From: Mnemiopsis leidyi | Lineage: Eukaryota | Direction of reading: 5' to 3' | NCBI GenBank assembly: GCA_048537945.1 | Contig: CM108483.1 | Coordinates: 9,914,715 to 9,978,714 of the forward strand | Length of the DNA stretch: 64,000 nucleotides | Part shown: positions 11,681 to 24,402 of the stretch, in pieces | Layout: each line of letters starts with the position of its first letter | Position numbering within the stretch: the first letter of the stretch is position 1 | Made by a program: the position numbers and the translations under genes | Notes under the pieces: generated by a model | What the model was told of the DNA's origin: nothing | Seen by the model: the letters and a program-made list of their open reading frames with translations, nothing else | Databases searched by the model: none

Positions 11681-12830
11681 AAATTTTTTCCCGTATCTTG
11701 CCATTTGGGCCCGAAGGGCCCAAATGGCAAGATTGTTTTGATACGTTTTGTGCACGTGCACAAAAAGTACAAAACAAGGGTTGGCGATCGACAGCGTAAA
11801 TTTGGATAATTAGCTCAAAAAGCGTCCGTCCGTCCGTACAAACGCGCGCACGTCCGCGCGCAAGCTCCTTTATCAAACATAATTATGTATACAATCACAA
11901 TTATAGGTTTTAACTGCCTCAGGCCGCAGAATGTATTCCACATCATGAAATGTACACATAATTACCTCGCAACAACTACAACAAGATGTACGATCAAACA
12001 GGGAAAACAAAAAAGTAAAAGTAAAGTACAATCAAAATTCTTTTAAACTTACGTTTTATTGAGTAATTTGTCGAATGACAGAGAGAAATAAATATATGAG
12101 CACTATTTTAACTTCAGCTCCGACCAAATCCTTTTAACGACTAATTCACGCCAGAAGCATAAACACAACGCAGCATGAATAAATGATGAAGGCAGCACAT
12201 ACAAAACAATAACGACGTCATACAGAGCTGAGTTAAGATATTTGAAATAAACGATGAAAAGAACGCGCAATTGTGTCTAAACTTTGCGCGTGCAATTTTT
12301 CAATTGTGGCTGCATCGAACGGCTGCGGGAATTCGCGCGTCTGATTTTACACGTGCAGAACAACTAACCGAAATTACGTCTGGTACGAGGTTGCGTATTT
12401 TGATTCCTCATTCCTCGAGGTTTAATGACAATAAGCGACGGCAAGATACAGGAAATTCAGTGGTCGCCTGACACAATGAAAGCGGCCGCAATTCTTTTTT
12501 TGTTTTTTTTGTTTTAAATTTTGTTTTTATTCATTTTATAATGTGAAGTACATTCTGCGGCCAAGACAGTTAAAACCCATAATTCTATTAGTATGCATGA
12601 TTAAGTATGATAAAGGAGTGTGCGGCGGCCTGCGACGAATGTACGTAGGTACCTTCATACGTCATATGTACGGACAATTTTTGAGCTGATATTCCACAAT
12701 ATCCTGATTAGCACTGTCACCGGCCAACCCTTGTTTTGTTCTTATTATGCACGTGCTCAAAAGGTATCAAAACAATCTTGCCATTTGGGCCCTTCAGGCC
12801 CAAATGGTTAGTTACAGGAGAAAATTATTA
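11681..12830. mobile_element. Foldback-type non-autonomous element, about 1.15 kb. Its inverted arms are about 270 bp and each arm tip is itself a perfect hairpin.
   Basis: 11690..11950 is the reverse complement of 12540..12825, near-identical at the tips and about 75% identical inward. The tip hairpin atcttgccatttgggcccgaagggcccaaatggcaagat at 11695..11733 has an 18-bp stem and a GAA loop. ORFs 11673..11876 (-) and 12620..12811 (+) encode the same peptide, which is the arm sequence read on opposite strands. Confidence 0.75.
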
Positions 12831-13191
12831 CTAATAAGTTATTGATAATAATGCCAGCATGTAATCTTCTAAAACTTTATTTGAAACGAATAACAAACAA
12901 TAAACATTCAACTTAATTGAACCTCATAGATGCTGATAAGAAACTAAAGGGTTATGTTGAAGTAAAATTATATGCTTTTTATTGTTCTCCAAGTAACTTC
13001 CACTCTCAATACGATTCAAAACCTCATCCAAAATACCCATTGCTAGAAGTCCCATGGGCTCTAGATTCACTGTCTCAATTACTTTGAGAAACATTTAAAG
13101 ATTATTAAGTCTTTCCTTCAACAGGTAGCTTATTGGTCAAGATGAAATAACTCTATTTTAAGCATATGTGTGCACATCAGCTTAATAAATG

Positions 13192-13473
13192 GGGGTTTAA
13201 GGCAGGGTTTAAAAAGCCGTGCATTTTGAGTGCTTACAAAATACAACTTTATGTGAGCTTGATCACTGCAGGTTTTAGCAGGTGGGACGGGATCTCTTGC
13301 CACAACTTGGGAGGAAAATCTACGGGCTGGGCTCGGCTTAAAATATAATTGAAACTGTAAGGGCAACTACTTCTCACACATAAAAGGTTACTGTACTGAT
13401 CACACACACGCATTAAGTTTTATCTTGTTAGCTCTCAAAATGCACGACTTTTTGAACCCTGCCTTAAACCCCC
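13192..13473. mobile_element. MITE-like element of about 280 bp with terminal inverted repeats of about 40 bp.
   Basis: The left end gggggtttaaggcagggtttaaaaagccgtgcattttgagtgcttacaa is the reverse complement of the right end ttgttagctctcaaaatgcacgactttttgaaccctgccttaaaccccc. Confidence 0.65.
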
Positions 13474-13959
13474 TGCTAATTTTTTATCTCAAAATTAAGA
13501 ATAAGGTCAATACACAATAAATCATGTTACATATAATTCAAAAGACTACTACTAATTCAAAAGAATCAATGCTGACCCTTCTCCTGGCTAAACCTGGAAA
13601 CATGCTTAAAAGCATAATGACACCAGGGCGGTCCTAGAATTTTCAAAATAAAATAGATATCACAAAAAAATTGAAGCCGATAAACACACGTATCCGTTAG
13701 AGTTTTTCTTATATGGTTAATAAGCATTCAAGGAGAACATATCTGAAATGCAAATGTAGAACTTGCGCCCCTGAAATGTTGTGTCATATGTGACAATTTT
13801 TTAAACCCAAGTTCAGAAGGCTAATTAAATTTCATTTAACTTAGTGATCAGTTGTAACTTACATAGTGACTTACTCCATTTTTAACTTTTTAAACTCATA
13901 TCTTGGGGTGTATTTCAGCTGAGTTTAAACTTCCTGTCATGTAGGTCCACTAGGTCAAC

Positions 13960-16267
<2,308 letters not shown>

Positions 16268-16737
16268 AGTTAAAGTTACAGCTACTGAAAATTCCGCAGC
16301 TGACACAATCTCGCCTAAGAAAAAGAAAAAAGTAAAAAAAGAAAATTCCTAAAATGTACTTTTATCAATTTTATATTTGATAGTCAGCAATACTTTAAAA
16401 ATTTGCTAATATTCGACATATTACCTTTGATTTCTATCTTGCTGATAAATAACGGTTAGGTTATTAATTTATTACAGCATGTTTCTGTACTCTGTACTCT
16501 GTAGGTGCCAGGTAATCAAATGATTATATTGTTTTTATCTGTCTGCTTGATTTTTCATTTATATGATTTGATCGTTAAATATCACAAATAAACAGGTGCT
16601 AGTTGTAACTAGGCTCAGCATTTTAAATTGCCAATCAATCAGTATTTATCAATCAATCAGTATATTCAACTGCCCTTGCCCTAAAACTGCTCACTTCATA
16701 GCATGTGATAAAACTGCCTTAAAAGTGGGGATGTCAA

Positions 16738-19700
16738 ATGGCTCTGCAATTTCCATTTCACTTATCTGCACTTCTCTCCATTGCGTTAAGTGCTGACTTT
16801 GTAGACGATGCTCCAATCAAGAGGATATCGTTCGCTAGCTGTTCTCACCAGGACAAAGAACAGCCGTTGTGGAGCGAGATAGCGCGGTGGGATCCGGACT
16901 ATTTTATCTGGTTGGGAGATGCTGTCTACACTGACGTCAGGGTCAGGCTCTTTTTCTGGGTCTGTGGCATTCTGAGAGAAATTGATTTCTTGGAAAAATT
17001 CAACTATGTAGTTATAGTGAGATTTTATACCAATGCTACCTTCTTCATTAATCCATTTCATTCAAACAGTTCAATCTGTCTGATATTCAGAAGCCGCCGA
17101 ACATAGCCCGTTACTCGGAGCAACTTCACAAGATGAAGACGAGTCACGACTACCAGTCCTTCCAAAAGAGAAGAACCAAGATTGTTGGAGTCTGGGATGA
17201 CCACGACTACGGGGTTAACGACGGAGGTGCTTCAGACGAAGTTTACACCGCTGCTGTACAGGTATAGTCATTAAATTCTGGTTTGTTATTATTCTCTGTT
17301 TCAATAATTCAGTAAAAATAAAAACACGATCTCTGTTGTCTGTATTATGTAGGTAAAATGGAGGGGTTCAGTGTGGCGAGTTCACATGAAAGAGGTTCGA
17401 TTAGAGTTTATATATAATAAAATAAACACGACAGGCGAAGAGGTTCAAATAACAGACCATCCCGCGCTAGCGGGATGGGATGATTAACAAATACGAGTGC
17501 GCGAAGCGCACGAGTATTTGTTATGGTGTAACCTCGAGGCGTTAGCCGAGGGGTTACACTTATTTACCTTAGAGCTTTGAGGTGTTTGGTCCGGGTTTAT
17601 CAAGTTAACGGGGAGGGATTTATCTGGTGTGGTGAGGTTTATTGGTTTATCTGGGATCCCGCTGCAGCAACTGTATCCCGCGTCGAAATCCCGGAGATAT
17701 TTATAAGAGTTTATGGACGCGTTTTTTTTTAAGTGGTCAAAAAGTCATTTTGCGCGCCGTCTTAAAATTCTTAAGCGCATTATCTTGGCGCGCTGTTCAA
17801 AATAGAAGGCTGATTTGCCAAAATTGTCTGCTCTATTTTGAAGCAAAAAGTCAGTAGTAAAAGATCATGTGGGTATCCTTTTTCTCAGAAGTTCCTGTTT
17901 TCAGCAATTCTGACTTAGACAATTAATTTGCTCAAAACAGCTGCACTTTGTCACTAGGCTTCAATTATCACTATTGGATATCATAACACAACTCATTTGC
18001 ATTCAGAAGAACTTGGTCTTAATACTTCAACTGTGCCAAAAAACAGTAAAAAGTCAGAAATCTGATGAAAATAGAAGCAATATATGATCATAGTAGCTGG
18101 GCTGTCAGAGCCATGGGCTTTGACAACTAGTATCAGATGCATGAATAAATTCTATAAGGAAATGTTGTATTGATGAAATTTGACACAAGGAAACATAATT
18201 GGGTTCCACATTTCAGCAAAAAGTCGCTCAAAGAAAATGTACAATATGATGAGGGATTTCTAACAGCCAACACAGCCAATATGAAGTTTTTTTATTATAG
18301 ATATATAAATTTAAGTCAACACTATGTTGTCTTATCAAAATCAAAGATCATGTGTGCTCAAATTCAGTAAACAGTCAATCCTAATAAAGTTTGAGCTTTC
18401 CTATAACTAAAAGTCATTTTGAGCTGAAATCTGGCACACAGATGGATATGATGACGTGATATCTATGAAAGCATGTATCCTAACAATATAGGACATGCAT
18501 TTATTAGCTACAGTGCCAGTTTGCAGCAAAAAATGACGATTTTCCAAAAGATTAAGGTCACATTTACTGATTTTAGGAACACAAACCCCCATTCACTTTA
18601 AACTCAGGACAGCTATAACAAGAATTAGCTTTGCTTTTAACCATTCAAGCCTGTATCACGATGTGCTGTTATTCAGTAAAATGTGACTTTTAAAAAGATC
18701 TGGAAACGTGCAGTCATTTTCGCTGATTCTTGGCACTGCAGCCTATCTTATGATTTATGGAATTGGACAGTAAAGGCATTTAAGTGCTTGCAGAAACCCT
18801 TAAAGCTCATGAGTGTGCCAACTTACAGTAAAAATGGCCTTTTTCCAAAAAAGTCTCCAGTTGCTGATTTTAAGCACATAATTTTCCTCAATTCGTGAAT
18901 AAATCTTTGTGGTAGCGGATATCCTGGCATAGTTAACAGGTCTTGATATTAGGTTATGGTTAAGACAGACAAAATGACTTGCTCACCCGGCTTAAATTTT
19001 AGGCTCAGCAGGATAGTCAAAACGGCTGAATTTTGGCACTTATCAAGTTGATTTGGACCCCAATTGTTTGTGTATGGGACATCACATATATATCATCTGT
19101 AATTGTTGTTTACCTCATACTTATGGATCTAGAAATGATGAGTTTCTATTTTTCCACCAATTTATCTAGATGACTGATTTGCTGATTTTGGGAACACTGA
19201 TATTGATTTGATATAAAATATGTGCAGGTAATGCAGTCTTCTAATTGATTGATATCACATGGAATGTTATTGGTAAGCGAACTTGAATTGAAAGAGGGAT
19301 TATTTTGACTTGAAATTGTTGTTTGAGCTAATGGGTGAAATACTAAGCAGAAACATTAGTGACTTTTTGCTGATATTTGGCACTTAGAGGAATGGGGATG
19401 ACCTTAAACAGGCACTCAAACCATTGGCATCTTAATAAGGCCGGTAGAGCCTCCTTAATATGGCTAGTCTCTCACAGGTGGACGACTTATTATGCTTAAT
19501 TAACAGACGAAAATGACTGTTTTACTGAATTTTGGCACATATTGGAACTAAATGAAGTCATTAAGTACTGAAACTAGTCACTTAGCACCGGATATCAATA
19601 TTGCAGCTAGGCCCTTCCGATTATACATTCCATAATTTCTCATTTGGTTGGATTCAGTTAAAAAGTGGTTTACTTATTTTTGGCACACAGTTTAGATGCC

Positions 19701-22553
19701 CATAAGTCCCAAAATACTGAAGTTAGGAACATCATGCTTTCGAAATATGGTAGATTGATCCTTTTGCTGTAACCTAAGAGTATTCAAGTAGTAGCACTTT
19801 AAGAGTGTTTAAGACTTTTTCCTTGTTAAAGGCACCTGACTTTAAAAAAAGGCCAAATCAGCAAAAACGACCACTTAAAAAAAAACGTGTCCTTATTCCT
19901 CATCTCAAACAAGCGGAAAGAAGTTTTTCTAATTGTGCAACTACAGTTTGGAACAACCCACCATACAAACTGAGAACATTGTCTGATATTAAAGTTTTTA
20001 AATCTGTTTAAAAAACGCATCTTTTTAAGAAAGCCTATGAGCAATGAGTGATAAAGTGATAAGAACTTTCTATGTTTCGACTATCTAAATGATCATATAC
20101 TCTCCAGAGTTGCTTAAGATGGTTTGAATTGAATCAGTTAGATTTTGAACTCTATATAACTACAGCTATGGTTTTATAGGGTGGTTAAGAAACGATTAGT
20201 TATTATTATTATTTTTATTTTTATTAGTCAGAAACTTTCGAAAGACTTGTTTTATCGAATTCTCGTTTTCAGCTGATGGTGAGAAGCTAAGTACTACCTA
20301 GCTTTCAGTCATATCAATTACTACCCACTCAGGACATATTTCTGGATTTTCTGGACGAGCCCGAGAATTCCCCGCGAAGAAAGAGAAGGGGGTTATACGG
20401 TTCTTATCTACTTGGAACTGGAGAAAACAGAGTTAAGGTTATCCTGATAGACCCCAGATCACTGTTAGATAAGGAAAAGAAAAATGTTCTGAGTGAAGAG
20501 CAATGGGCATGGTTGGATAGAGAACTGAACACGGAGCCAACTCCAATCACCATTTTAGGCACAGGTTGGTTTTATGAGTTATGAGAGTCATCCTAACCAT
20601 ATCATTTTATGGGTTTGATGGTCTCTTAAGAAAAGGAAATCGATTTTGTGGCCACTTCTATGCCAGAGAAGTGTATCCTCCTTGCCACAGGAGTATACAC
20701 AATTAACGATATTTTATATTATGTATGCCCTACAAGATATGTTTACCATTAATCGTCACTTTTATTTAGAACTTTATAGAAATTACTAAACAGCAATGAA
20801 ATTGAAAAATAATCGCAAAATTGCTACCGTCTGTAAATATTGACGGGACATCAAAACACGATTTATGCATGGCAAGCCATGCTCGCATATTAGATTAAGA
20901 GTTAAAGGATAACCTACAGCATAATAATGAATAATTGCATTCTTCATATCAAATACACTTTAGCTCTCCAAGCAAATTTTCTAAATATTCTGAATGTATT
21001 TCAAGTTCGTCACGTCGTCAAGTTTGTGCCATCTAATAACCCTAGCATCTGTTTATAATCCTTTGCCGATCGAAATTTGCCGCCTTGTTAGAAAAGGGTC
21101 TTCCTGAGCTGGGCAAGTCCTATTCAAATCTCGATAGTCGATGACTGTCTTTTACTGAAGTGATCTCACATCTGACTCCAGGTATACCTGTTCTGACGGA
21201 CCGCACCAACTTTGACAAGTGGCTGCGTTACCCACTGGAACGTGAACGTCTTCTTGGTATGATATCCCGCCGCCCTAACACCATCATCATCAGTGGCGAC
21301 TCCCACTTTGCGGAACTGCAGTGTCACAACACTACACGGGGCCCTCTTTTTGAGGTATTTTGGTAAGCACATACTACCTAGCAGGAATGGTTCGAACACC
21401 TGTTCAAATTTTAAGGTGCAAATTACATGCAGTATGAAGGAGAAACTATTCTAAATTATTATTTATCGCGGTACCATTACGAATTATGGTGTTATGGATG
21501 GTCACAATGTCACATGTTCGCATTTTTTGCATGTGCACAACATTTTGTACCGTTGAAACATATTTACGTCAGGTACAAAGTAGCGGTATGACACACAACT
21601 GTTTGGAATGGATACCTGACTTTGTCTGTAAATATCACATTAAATACGTGTTAGAGTGCAGTGAATGTATTGTCGAGCCTTTCATTGATCTGAATTTTGG
21701 TAAGAGCTTTGATATGAAGCCGAGCGTCTGAAGGTTCAATGTAAAATGATCGTGACAAAAATTTGTCGCAATATTATCGTTTTCCCTTTGACGTTCTTTT
21801 TGTCTGTTTTCTTTTGTCTGTTCAATGTTTTGCTGGTTAAACTTTTTTCGTATTGAATTTTTAGCTTTCCCGCATGACACTACCATATCTTTTGTGTTGA
21901 GCTCTAAGTCATTTTGCCGATTCGTTTTAATGGCAAATTAAAGCAAGTTGGTTTGTTTAACCAACTACCTCAGAAATTATTTTTATTGCCCAAAAAAGAA
22001 AGCTGTCTATGTCACCGTCAGTATTAAGAACAACAAATCACCTGCAGGAACGATAACGGTAGTGTGGGACACACCTGATCCGCATGTAATTCTGGAAGTG
22101 CGGGGGAGAGATGGGGTGCAGCTCCATTACAAGGTGGCAGCTAACACTCACTCTAGCTGTCCTCCTCGACATCATGTACGTATATATCATCATGTGAGTA
22201 CTGAGTATATATATAAGAATATCTTCCGTTCTTTGGGTTTAGGCTTTGGCCGTTCGCGATTTAAATTACTATAAAGTATAACATTTTAAAAGTTTCAATT
22301 GTATAAACTATGAATTAAAAGTAAGAAAGCGTGAGCAGTAATGCGTATCATTAACCTTTTTTTTAAATAGTAGATAAAGCTGTGGAACAATTTTAATTGT
22401 CCCCAGGTTGAATATCAGATGACATGGCAGTTATGTGAAATTGTGATGTTATCTCTACTGCTCACCCTTCTCCTTTTCTTCTCTTATCTCACTGTATCAC
22501 AGTTTACTCGGATTGTTGGTTATCACCGCTATATCAAACCACACAGTGACTGA
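16738..22553 (+). CDS. PhoD-like metallophosphatase, paralog A. It has a signal peptide and a C-terminal transmembrane anchor. The gene has 7 exons.
   Basis: Exons are 16738..16959, 17091..17261, 20333..20564, 21182..21354, 21573..21699, 22048..22175 and 22407..22553. Phases are consistent. The exon-1 donor is GTCTGT and the others are canonical. The signal peptide reads MALQFPFHLSALLSIALSA. Motifs ISFASCSHQD...DPDYFIWLGDAVYTD (GDxxY) and VWDDHDYGVNDGG (WDDHE-type) fit the PhoD-like phosphatase family. The C-terminal hydrophobic stretch is LCEIVMLSLLLTLLLFFSYL. Intron 2 (17262..20332) holds transposon remnants and a tandem array. Confidence 0.7.
17860..19790. repeat. Degenerate satellite-like tandem array with a period of about 150 bp, inside intron 2 of PhoD paralog A.
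   Basis: Paired motifs cagYaaaa(a)tgac...ttttccaaaa and gctgaNtttggcac recur at about 18410, 18535, 18690, 18830, 18965, 19035, 19195, 19375, 19535 and 19685. Confidence 0.55.
19805..20230 (+). mobile_element. 3' remnant of a LINE (or a LINE-derived SINE tail) inside intron 2 of PhoD paralog A.
   Basis: ORF 19805..20011 ends in FSNCATTVWNNPPYKLRTLSDIKVFKSV. This resembles the conserved C-terminal motif of LINE ORF2 (compare NDRVMSFWNKLPIEVKTALNLNVFKSNLEMF in 6750..9869). It is followed by an (ATT/ATTTT)n tail at 20195..20228. Confidence 0.55.
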
Positions 22554-23465
22554 GTTTTTCTGGAATTTGCCCCCTCCTAAACCTACAGACTATAGGTTTA
22601 AACCTATAGACTATAACCAATAGAATGTATGTTATAGTAGTTTCATGTATGGACGATGGGAGCTTGTGTTTAATTAAGGTTTTTGGAAGATCATTTAGGT
22701 GCCATAATATTAAAGCAACATTTTTTTTCATCCTCAATGGAGGTTTTTCACTTTTACATGTATATAAGGATTAATTTATTCTGTAAATTTAAATTTATGA
22801 TTATTTGTTAGCTTGAAATTTTGGTATACTGGTCGAAAAGTTATTCAGGCATTTCAGTTGCGTGCTTATTGACGGTATTATTTTGGTTTTTTTCAATTAT
22901 GGTTTCAAATAGTTTAGTGTTTTGATAGAGTCTTGAATTAAATATATATTATTCAATTTTGGTTTATTAGTTTTATGTATCTATTTTTTGTTTATTCAGA
23001 GTGTATATTGAATAAGATGCTTTTGTTACGATCAGATTTGCTAATTCAATTTTACTCGTGCATGGGCTATCGTTTATCGGGCTACAGCTTCTTTTATTGT
23101 TAGACTTAACTGACATCAACTTATTAACACAATAGAAATATCGTGTTAGCATAATTATAGCTAAAACTCGTTAGGCATATCATTATGTCCATAGTGATCA
23201 TTAAGATAAGGATAATTGAAATTGCTAAATAAGCAGCGCATTGACTTACTTGTCTTTGAAAAGTAGCCAAAAAGGAAAATTCCCCTATGACTTGATTCAA
23301 TTTCGAATTTCGATCTTGTGACTAATGTCTTCTTTGACGCTACCGACATTTCCACTGGGCATTTGTTGGCTGATGTAATGAGGGCCGGTCTTCGATTGGT
23401 ATTGGCTTAAATATAACTCCTTTCAACTGAATGATCGGATAATTGTTTATGAGTCATATAAGAAA

Positions 23466-23769
23466 CTGAGTTTAACGTGGTTTTTGTAATTCTCTTCTTG
23501 ACTCGAGTGATAGACATAGGATTTTAATAGCATAGTGTAACAACACCATCATCAGGACATAACACTCAAATTATTTAATTAATAACTTAGTAGTTGAAAG
23601 TATTAAAACTGAAAGTATTAATACTTTCAACAACTACTATTAATTAAATAATTTGAGTGTTATGTCCTGATGATGGTGTTGTTACACAGAAATATATAGA
23701 TGCATTGCTATTAAAATCCTATGTCTATCAGGAGTCAAGAAGAGAATTACAAAAACCAAGTTAAACTCA
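23466..23769. repeat. Near-perfect palindrome of about 300 bp (foldback or long-TIR MITE) between the two PhoD paralogs.
   Basis: Arms 23466..23616 and 23617..23769 are reverse complements around the centre gaaagtatTAATActttc. The only interruption is a 16-bp insertion, atgcatctatatattt, in the right arm. Confidence 0.8.
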
Positions 23770-24123
23770 AATATAATTCCATATTATATCTTACTCAATA
23801 TTTTCATGAATTGACAATGTCTTATAAGTAACATGATATTATCATGATTAATGGTCAATGCTACCGATACATATCGCTTGTTTTTCCCGTTTCTTTGCTC
23901 AGCAATTCTGTAACAAGGTCAAAATTTGTCAATTTTTACGAGGTTAATGTAGGGTAATTAGATGTCAGCCTCGGCCCCACATTTTGTAGTTACAATTTTT
24001 ACTGTCTTTTCCCCTTAACAATATTTTTGAAAACCTTTAAAACCTTGGTCAAGTGTTGTTTAATCATCTATTTCAAAAGTCATCACCTTGGCCAATTCCC
24101 TAACAAAGTTACTGCAAACAACA

Positions 24124-24248
24124 TAGGACGTCTTAAAGGACCCATTGCGCGCTGACAGGACCCATTGCGCGACGGCATATATAAATTGTGGCTAATAAGT
24201 ACACTTTTTATACGCCGGCGCGCAATAGGTCCGATTTAAACGTCCTAT
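24124..24248. repeat. Small inverted-repeat (MITE-like) element about 150 bp upstream of the paralog B start codon.
   Basis: ataggacgtcttaaaggacccattgcgcg (24124..24152) pairs with cgcgcaataggtccgatttaaacgtcctat (24219..24248). An internal tandem duplication aggacccattgcgcg x2 is present. Confidence 0.55.
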
Positions 24249-24402
24249 CTGGTTCACAGTTAGTGGTAAAATTATAATTTTGATAACATGATTTTACTGA
24301 CCCTCCAATAAGAACATAGCTTCTTTAATCTTTGTACTAAAACGAAGTTCATAGTAGGTATGTAAAGATAATGAGAAACTGTTAGAAGATCGAGGATGTC
24401 AT

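Noticed and set aside
11673-12811. ORFs 11673..11876 (-) and 12620..12811 (+) share the peptide ..ARAQ(N/K)VSKQSCHLGPSGPNG.
   Set aside because: The same artefact: they lie in the inverted arms of the foldback element at 11681..12830.
16786-17061. The - strand ORFs 16786..17061 and 24457..24711 share a peptide (..SISQPDKIVRIPPRYLAPQRLFFVLVRTA..).
   Set aside because: They are antisense to exon 1 of the two PhoD paralogs. The sense-strand reading has a signal peptide and phosphatase motifs and splices in frame to downstream exons. The antisense conservation only reflects the duplication.
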